Positions 58,701 to 64,000 of a DNA stretch of 64,000 nucleotides are shown piece after piece. Under the pieces are notes generated by a model. The model was not told the DNA's origin, ran no database searches, and was given only the letters and a program-made list of their open reading frames with translations. The stretch is taken from positions 680 to 64,679 of the forward strand of contig SLCC01000086.1 of assembly GCA_007126035.1 (NCBI GenBank). The letters are read 5' to 3'. The position numbers were made by a program, and so were the translations under genes. The stretch's first letter is position 1, and each line of letters opens with the position of its first letter. The DNA comes from Gemmatimonadota bacterium (GTDB taxonomy: Bacteria; Gemmatimonadota; Gemmatimonadetes; Longimicrobiales; RSA9).

Positions 58701-58959
58701 CAGGGAGCTGGTCAACCGGATCCAGCGGCTCCGGCGTGATTCGGGCCTGGAGGTGAGCGACCGGATCCGGCTCTGGATCGGTGGCGACGCCGATGCCAGA
58801 GCGGCTGCGGACCGCCACCGGGATTACATTGCGGGTGAGACACTGGCCCTGGCGGTGGACCTGGACGGGGCGCCCGATTCGGCCGACGTGATGAAGCGGG
58901 AAGTGGAGGTGGATGGAGTGGGCGCCATGATCGCCCTGCAGAGAGCGGCGGGTGACTGA
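55792..58959 (+). CDS. ileS: Isoleucine--tRNA ligase (IleRS type 2)
   Basis: YEGPPTANGRPGIHH, GWDTHGLPVE, WTTTPWT, EGLDQTRGWFY, KMSKS; start may be 55798 or 55813. Confidence 0.97.
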   Translation: MTMTRREMRYPEYPATHTALEEEILQRWRDEDLFARTLEATADGQPFVFYEGPPTANGRPGIHHVFSRALKDLVCRYQTMKGRYVPRKAGWDTHGLPVEIEAEKKLGISGKREIEELGVARFNQVCRESVFTYKEEWERLSERIGYWLDYSDPYVTFHREYVESVWWLLSQLADRDLIYRGYRSVPYCPRCGTGLSSHEVAQGYRDVEDPSIHFICPLLDEDGRATDRAILAWTTTPWTVPSNVALAIHPGLTYAEVEHEGRGLIVAEDLVSTLFGDEAVVRRRYRASELLGLRYQPALDLVPVTEQDAAAAWRVVPAEFVSAAEGTGIVHIAPAFGADDYAAGQEHGLPMLRPVDDAGRFRQDVALVGGVFVKDADPLLLDELSARGLLFRSGTAHHAYPHCWRCESPLIYMARDSWYIRTTAVRERMLENNRQVGWNPPEIGVGRFGEWLEGNVDWALSRDRYWGTPLPIWVCDSDGEHREVVGSLAELDERVGGLDPELDPHKPYIDDLSWPCRQCPGTMRRTPEVIDAWFDSGAMPFAQWHYPFENEDVWASQFPADFIAEGLDQTRGWFYSLMAIATMLGHGPVYRNVLVNGLLLDKDGQKMSKSKGNVVDPWQAIARFGADGVRWYLVTVSQPWAGKRWDEDALEESVRRAFDTLANTYRFFSLYANLEGWRDDGEEIASETPIMDRWLRSRLNGLVQKVGDAFDDYELTPGARAVGSFILDDLSNWYVRRGRDRFWGSADAADTRHAFRTLSDALATVSRLLAPVTPFTADWLHRALTGESVHLKTFPVADQALRDGTLEREMDAVRVMSSLGRAARETVRIRVRQPLGVLFAVVPAGVELSPGALDILKDELNVKEVRFLGAAEELVRLEAKPNFRALGQRFGSRTQAAAAGIRALSGDALSDFIRGEEVVVDVGGEPHRLQPDDLEVTQVARGDLVVESGDGFTLALDPTIDEPLRLEGMARELVNRIQRLRRDSGLEVSDRIRLWIGGDADARAAADRHRDYIAGETLALAVDLDGAPDSADVMKREVEVDGVGAMIALQRAAGD

Positions 58960-59330
58960 TGCCGTTGGACAACGGACAGAGAGAAGCGCTGGGTCGGCTC
59001 CTGGAACGGGAGCGTAGCAGGCTGGCAGCCAGGCTGCAGCGCTTCAGCGCTCAGCGCGACGATGTGGAGGTGGGCGGCTTCTCGCAGCACATGGCAGAGG
59101 ACGCTTCCGCACTGACGGAGCGCGAGACGGCCTATCTGCTGGCGAGCGAGGAGGGGCGGCGGCTGGTGGCGGTGGACCAGGCCCTGGATCGGCTCCTGCA
59201 TTCTCCAGAATCTTTCGGCGTCTGTGAGCACTGCGGCGTCGAGATTCCATACGCGCGTCTCGAGGCGGTGCCCGCCGCCCGGTCGTGCCTGGAATGTCAG
59301 ACGGGAGTTGAGAGCAGGAGTGGCTGGTGA
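58959..59330 (+). CDS. TraR/DksA C4-type zinc finger protein
   Basis: Coiled coil, HMAEDAS, FGVCEHCG..RLEAVP..CLEC. Confidence 0.88.
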   Translation: MPLDNGQREALGRLLERERSRLAARLQRFSAQRDDVEVGGFSQHMAEDASALTERETAYLLASEEGRRLVAVDQALDRLLHSPESFGVCEHCGVEIPYARLEAVPAARSCLECQTGVESRSGW

Positions 59331-59881
59331 CTGAGCTGAAACGAGGTACGGAGCACGGCGCACGTTCGTGGAGTGCCGGGAAGAACCGGCTGTTCTTCGG
59401 CATCCTGGCTCCCGTGGTCGTAGTCGATTTCGTGACGAAGTACCTGGTCCAGCAAGGCATGCGGCCCTACCAGCAGATCGACATCGTGGGCGACTACCTC
59501 CGGCTGACCTTCATCCACAACCCGGGCGCCGCCTTCGGCATCCACGTGGGCGAGTATTCCCGGATCATCTTCCTCATCCTGTCCCTGGTGGCGCTGATCG
59601 CCCTGGGCGCCATGTACTGGTCCACACCGGGTCGCGACCGGGTCCGGCTGTCGGCCATCGCACTGATCTGTGCCGGCGCCATCGGGAACCTGATCGACCG
59701 GATCCGTTCCGAACAGGGCGTGGTCGACTTCATCGATGTGGGGATCGGAGACCTCCGCTGGCCTGTCTTCAACGTGGCCGATATCGCCGTCACCACCGGT
59801 GCCATCTTCCTGGCGCTCTCCCTCTGGCAGGAGGATCGAGACTCGCCGGGCAGACGGGCAGACGATGAAGGTGGTGCCTAG
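59327..59881 (+). CDS. lspA: Signal peptidase II
   Basis: DFVTK, NPGAAFG, GAIGNLIDR, VVDFI, FNVAD. Confidence 0.96.
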   Translation: MTELKRGTEHGARSWSAGKNRLFFGILAPVVVVDFVTKYLVQQGMRPYQQIDIVGDYLRLTFIHNPGAAFGIHVGEYSRIIFLILSLVALIALGAMYWSTPGRDRVRLSAIALICAGAIGNLIDRIRSEQGVVDFIDVGIGDLRWPVFNVADIAVTTGAIFLALSLWQEDRDSPGRRADDEGGA

Positions 59882-60833
59882 CGCCGCCCGGCTGGAGGTC
59901 CCGGCCGCGGCGGCTGGGGAGCGGCTGGACGCCTTCGTGGGCGCTCGCCTGCCCGAACTCTCCCGTACCCGGGCGGCCCAGCTCATTTCCGAGTCCCGCG
60001 TCCTGCTGAACGGCCAGCCTGCTCGCAAGAGCGATCGCGTCGAGGCTGGCGACCTGGTCCACGTCGAGATCCCGCCGCCAGAGCCGTCCACTGTGGGGGC
60101 TGAGCCCATACCGCTGGATGTAGTGTACGATGACCCGGACATCCTGGTGGTGGCCAAGCCGGCGGGGCTCGTGGTACACCCCGCCCCCGGCCACCGCACC
60201 GGCACGCTGGTGAACGCGCTGCTCCACCACGTGGAGGACCTGTCGGGCGTGGGCGGCGTGAAGCGGCCGGGGATCGTGCACCGACTGGACAAGGACACAT
60301 CGGGTCTCATGATCGTGGCCAAGCACGACAGGGCGCACCGGCGCCTCGCCAATGCGCTGAAGCGCAGGGAGATCAGGCGCGCCTACCTGGCGGCGTGCTG
60401 GGGCCACGTGTCCGACGACCGGGTGACCGTGGACGCGCCCGTCGGCCGGTCCACCCGTGATCGCAAGCGCATGGCCGTGGTCGAGCATGGCCGGCCCGCT
60501 GTCACCCATTTCCAGCGCCTCGAGCGCTGGCCGGCGGCGGACCTGCTGCGGGCGGAGCTGGAGACGGGCAGGACGCACCAGATCAGGGTCCACCTGGCAT
60601 ACAGCGGCCACCCGGTGGTAGGCGACCCGGTGTACGGGGCGGCCGGCGCCCGAGGCATCAGCGGACCCGATCGCCCGTGGGCCCGTGAGCTGGAGCGGCG
60701 TGTGCCCAGGCAGTTCCTCCACGCCCACCGCCTGGAGTTCGATCATCCTCGCACTGGCGAGCAGATGGCCATGGAGGCGCCCGTCCCCGAAGACCTGCAG
60801 ACCGTGCTGGACTGGGTAGGGGGAGGAGAATGA
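59865..60833 (+). CDS. rluD: RluA-family pseudouridine synthase (S4 domain, RluD-like)
   Basis: RLDAFV, KPAGLVVHP, GIVHRLDKDTSG, TGRTHQIRVH. Confidence 0.92.
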   Translation: MKVVPSAARLEVPAAAAGERLDAFVGARLPELSRTRAAQLISESRVLLNGQPARKSDRVEAGDLVHVEIPPPEPSTVGAEPIPLDVVYDDPDILVVAKPAGLVVHPAPGHRTGTLVNALLHHVEDLSGVGGVKRPGIVHRLDKDTSGLMIVAKHDRAHRRLANALKRREIRRAYLAACWGHVSDDRVTVDAPVGRSTRDRKRMAVVEHGRPAVTHFQRLERWPAADLLRAELETGRTHQIRVHLAYSGHPVVGDPVYGAAGARGISGPDRPWARELERRVPRQFLHAHRLEFDHPRTGEQMAMEAPVPEDLQTVLDWVGGGE

Positions 60834-61264
60834 CCGTGCCGTATATCGCCGGGAGCCCTGGATCAATCTCTCCAGAGGACGGCCGGGCCGTGGTGGTCTG
60901 GCAATCGGGGGAGGCGCTCCTGGCGCTGGACCTGGACACCGTGGAGGAGGTCGTCAAGGTGGAGCCCAGCGCCGACCGCGCCGTCTGCCGGGCGGGTGAG
61001 CTGGAGCTCGCGAGCCTGCCAGGCATGCCGCCGTCGCCACGGACCCGCCGGGCGGTCATCGTGCGGAGCAGTTCCGGAGCCCGGCGGATGGCCCTGGGCG
61101 CCGAGCAGGTCGAGGGAGTCTTCCGCTACGATTCGTCCGGGTCCCTGGCCCCGCCAGCGTGGCTCGAGAGCCTGGAGCTGGCGCACCTGTCCAACCTCGT
61201 ACGGCTAGAGGACGGACGACTAGCCGCGGTCCTGGACCCCGACATACTGCTCGGGCAGCGATGA
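60830..61264 (+). CDS. CheW-like domain protein
   Basis: LALDLDTVEEVV..AVIV..MALGAEQVEGV..VRLEDGRLAAVLDPDILL; ATGA-coupled at both ends. Confidence 0.65.
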   Translation: MTVPYIAGSPGSISPEDGRAVVVWQSGEALLALDLDTVEEVVKVEPSADRAVCRAGELELASLPGMPPSPRTRRAVIVRSSSGARRMALGAEQVEGVFRYDSSGSLAPPAWLESLELAHLSNLVRLEDGRLAAVLDPDILLGQR

Positions 61265-62181
61265 TCCAGGGTTTGGTCCTCGGGCTCCTGGCGCTGGCGT
61301 CCGGCTGGCAGGAGCCGGTGGTGGCAGGCCCCATAGCCTTCCACCACTGGCCCGAGCAGGAAGCCCTGGCAAGGCGGCTCGCCGCGCGCGTCATTGAAGC
61401 CCCGCCCCTGCCGGCCCTACCCCGGGACGTGTTCGACGGAGCAACGGTCCACGTGTTCCTGGCGCCGGACCAGGCCCGCTGGGACAGCCTCACTGGCGGC
61501 GCCGTGCCGGAATGGGGCGCGGGAGTGGCCTACCCGGCCCGCGGGGTCATCGTCCTGCCCATGTACGACTGGGGCAGGAAGCCCCTGCACACAGTCCACC
61601 GGACCCTGCGCCACGAGCTGGCCCACGTGGGGCTCGAGCGCTTCGTCGGCCCTGCCCGCATACCGCGCTGGTTCAACGAGGGCTACGCCCAGTGGGCTGC
61701 CGGGCAGTGGGATTGGGAATCGCCGTGGCGCCTCCGGCTCGCCCTGTCCAGCCGACGGTCACCGCCCCTGGACTCCCTGACCCTGCAATGGCCGGCCGCC
61801 GCCGCCGACGCCCGGGTGGCCTACCTCCTGTCCGCCAGTGCCGTCGCGTACCTGGTGGAGAGCAGTGGCGAACACGGGCTCCGGGTCTTCCTCGACCGTT
61901 GGCACGCCGAGCAGGACTTCGAGGCCGCCTTCCGCGCCGTCTACGGACGGACCACCTCACAGTTCGAGACCGACTGGCGCCGCCACGTCAAGCGCAGCTA
62001 CGGCTGGGGCGTGCTGCTGGGCCACTCCGCCCTCTTCTGGTTGCTGGCCGCCGCCATCCTCCTGTCCCTGTTCGGGATCAGGCGCCGCCACGACCGGGAG
62101 CGGCTCGAGCGGCTCCGGGCCACCGAGCCGCCCGACGACCCTGCGTACTGGGAGCTGTCGTACCGGCAGGAGAATGAATAG
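61261..62181 (+). CDS. Peptidase MA-like zinc metalloprotease, membrane-anchored
   Basis: LRHELAH..IPRWFNEGYA; N-terminal signal, C-terminal TM. Confidence 0.8.
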   Translation: MIQGLVLGLLALASGWQEPVVAGPIAFHHWPEQEALARRLAARVIEAPPLPALPRDVFDGATVHVFLAPDQARWDSLTGGAVPEWGAGVAYPARGVIVLPMYDWGRKPLHTVHRTLRHELAHVGLERFVGPARIPRWFNEGYAQWAAGQWDWESPWRLRLALSSRRSPPLDSLTLQWPAAAADARVAYLLSASAVAYLVESSGEHGLRVFLDRWHAEQDFEAAFRAVYGRTTSQFETDWRRHVKRSYGWGVLLGHSALFWLLAAAILLSLFGIRRRHDRERLERLRATEPPDDPAYWELSYRQENE

Positions 62182-62248
62182 GCCAGGCCGCGGCGCTACC
62201 GGCGGCAGCTGGTTTGTGCCGGGCTCGGGCCCATGCTAATCTTCCCTC

Positions 62249-62452
62249 ATGCCACAGAAGAGACGCGCTCCCGGAAAGAAGCACCTGCCACCGTCGCTGC
62301 GGTGGTCCACAGTCAACTACATCCTCATGGGTGCCGGAATCCTGTCCATAGCCCTGGGCTTCCTGCTCCTGGCCCGGGGATCGACTGTGACGGCGCCCCT
62401 GCTCCTTGCCCTGGGGTTCGTTATCCTCGTCCCGCTGGGTATCGTACGGTAG
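62249..62452 (+). CDS. Small two-TM membrane protein (DUF3098-like)
   Basis: NYILMGAGILSIALGFLLL..TAPLLLALGFVILVPLGI; promoter directly upstream. Confidence 0.7.
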   Translation: MPQKRRAPGKKHLPPSLRWSTVNYILMGAGILSIALGFLLLARGSTVTAPLLLALGFVILVPLGIVR

Positions 62453-62482
62453 GCCCGAGGCCAGTCAGCCACCCCCGCCGGA

Positions 62483-63694
62483 TCAACCCTCCACGAGCTG
62501 CCGATACAGGTCCATGGTCTGACGGGCGATGGCGGGCCACGAGAACTCCGACTCGACCCGGACCCGGGCGGCCCGGCCCATGACCGCGGCCCGCTCCGGG
62601 TCCTCCAGCAAGGTGGTGATGGATTCCGCCATGGCGCTGGCGAACGCCGCCGGGTCGGCCGGTGAGCCGAAAGCGTCGTCGCCCGGCTCGAAGTCCACCA
62701 GGTAGCCCGTCTCGCCGTCCACCACGATCTCCGGGATGCCGCCAACGCTGGAGGCCACCACCGGAGTGCCGCAGGCCATGGCCTCCACGTTCACGAGGCC
62801 GAAGGGCTCGTAGATGGAGGGACAGACGAAGACCGTGGCATGTGACAGGATCTGGACGACCTCCCGCCGGGGCAGCATGTCGGGCAACCAGAAGACCCGG
62901 AGCCTGCCCTCGTCCCGGAGCTCGGCCACCCGGTCGGCGACCTCGCGTCCGATCTGCTTGGTGTCGGGCGCCCCGGCGCACAGGACGAGCTGGCTGCCCG
63001 GCGGCAGGTGACCAGCCGCATCAAGGAGGTGGGGAAGACCTTTCTGGCGCGTGATTCGACCGACGAAAGCCGTGGTGGGCGCTGCCGGGTCGATGCCGAA
63101 GCGCTCCAGCACGTCCGTGTCGGGATCGGTGCGGTAGGTATCGGTATCCACCCCGTTGTGGATCACGTGGACACGGTTGGCCGACACCTGCGGATAGCTT
63201 CTGAGGATGTCAGCCTTCATGCCTCGGGAGACGGCAATGATCGCGTCGGCCGACTCGGCGGCGGTGCGCTCCGCCCACAGCGAAAGTTGGTAGCCGCCCC
63301 CGAGTTGCTCAGCCTTCCACGGCCGGAGTGGCTCGAGGCTGTGGCTCGTCATTACATGTGGTGTGCCGTAGGTGAGCCGGGCCAGATGGCCCGCCAGATT
63401 CGCGTACCAGGTGTGGGTGTGGACCACCTGGGCGCCATCCACGGCGGCGGCCATGGCCAGGTCCACCGAGAAGGTGCGCAGCGCCGCCAGGTGCTCGGAG
63501 GGACCACGGAGGTCCTCCCATGGCTGGTAGGTGGCGGCCACGAGCGGATCTTCACGGGGGCTGCCGAAGCAGTGGACCGACACGTCCGCCTGCTCGGCCA
63601 GGGCATGGGCCAGATGCTCCACGTGGACGCCTGCGCCGCCGTAGACCTCAGGCGGGTACTCCCGCGTACACAGCGCTACTGAAATCCGTGACAT
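62483..63694 (-). CDS. glgA: GT4 glucosyltransferase, actinobacterial-type GlgA/GlgM
   Basis: TREYPPEVYGGAGVHV, HTHTWY, HSLEPLRPWKAEQLGGGY, PSIYEPFG..EAMAC. Confidence 0.92.
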   Translation of the reverse strand: MSRISVALCTREYPPEVYGGAGVHVEHLAHALAEQADVSVHCFGSPREDPLVAATYQPWEDLRGPSEHLAALRTFSVDLAMAAAVDGAQVVHTHTWYANLAGHLARLTYGTPHVMTSHSLEPLRPWKAEQLGGGYQLSLWAERTAAESADAIIAVSRGMKADILRSYPQVSANRVHVIHNGVDTDTYRTDPDTDVLERFGIDPAAPTTAFVGRITRQKGLPHLLDAAGHLPPGSQLVLCAGAPDTKQIGREVADRVAELRDEGRLRVFWLPDMLPRREVVQILSHATVFVCPSIYEPFGLVNVEAMACGTPVVASSVGGIPEIVVDGETGYLVDFEPGDDAFGSPADPAAFASAMAESITTLLEDPERAAVMGRAARVRVESEFSWPAIARQTMDLYRQLVEG

Positions 63695-63709
63695 GTATCG
63701 CTCCCACCG

Positions 63710-64000
63710 TCAGGTTGGAACCGTGTCGTCCTTGCCTATCACCACCACTCCCCTGGGTGTGACGTGGAACCGCTCGCGCTCCGCCTCAGGGTCCACTCCG
63801 ATCCTGGCGTGCGCCGGGATCCGCACGTTCTTGTCGATGATGGCGTTGCGCACGATGGCATGGCGGCCAACGTCCACGTTGTGCATGAGCACCGAACTCT
63901 CCACTTGGGCGTACGAGTGGACGAAGACCCCGGGTGACAGTACCGAGCGACGGACTTCGCTGCCGGAGACCACGACGCCGGCGGACACCATCGAGTCGAC
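63710..64000 (-). CDS. glgC: Glucose-1-phosphate adenylyltransferase (3' end; partial)
   Basis: SMVSAGVVVSG..RRSVLSPGV..AIIDKNVRIP..IGVD..GVVVIGK, the GlgC C-terminal beta-helix; upstream of glgA. Confidence 0.88.
   Translation of the reverse strand, partial: VDSMVSAGVVVSGSEVRRSVLSPGVFVHSYAQVESSVLMHNVDVGRHAIVRNAIIDKNVRIPAHARIGVDPEAERERFHVTPRGVVVIGKDDTVPT

Noticed and set aside
1-64000. tRNA, rRNA, tmRNA, SRP, RNase P, IS elements, prophage
   Set aside because: No diagnostic sequences seen by eye in intergenic regions; a covariance-model scan is needed to exclude divergent RNAs

Overview
High-GC (roughly 70% by eye), densely coding bacterial chromosomal region. The gene content and order (priA-HNH, mutS-TonB-CBS-ddl-rhomboid, yggS-divIVA-ileS-dksA-lspA-rluD, secreted amidohydrolases, outer-membrane beta-barrels) fit a diderm such as Gemmatimonadota; this taxonomy is inference only. 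About 60 CDS can be supported: a secreted hydrolase cluster (1-14 kb), housekeeping and regulatory genes, an EF-G paralogue, a complete trpEGDCFBA-aroF operon, and the ends of a ComEC-like gene and of glgC at the window edges. I saw no rRNA, tRNA, CRISPR array, integrase or transposase. The best-supported hidden element is a trp attenuator: a 30-codon leader peptide with WWWW, mutually exclusive antiterminator and terminator helices, and an apparently leaderless start. Other notable signals are about seven genes with sigma70-like promoters 5-8 nt before the ATG (probably leaderless), a 14-bp triple repeat that creates translationally coupled minigenes at the sucA start, an ECF/anti-sigma-TonB fusion, pseudo-enzyme amidohydrolase modules and an orphan GvpL/F. 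All product calls come from motif recognition by eye; no searches were run.
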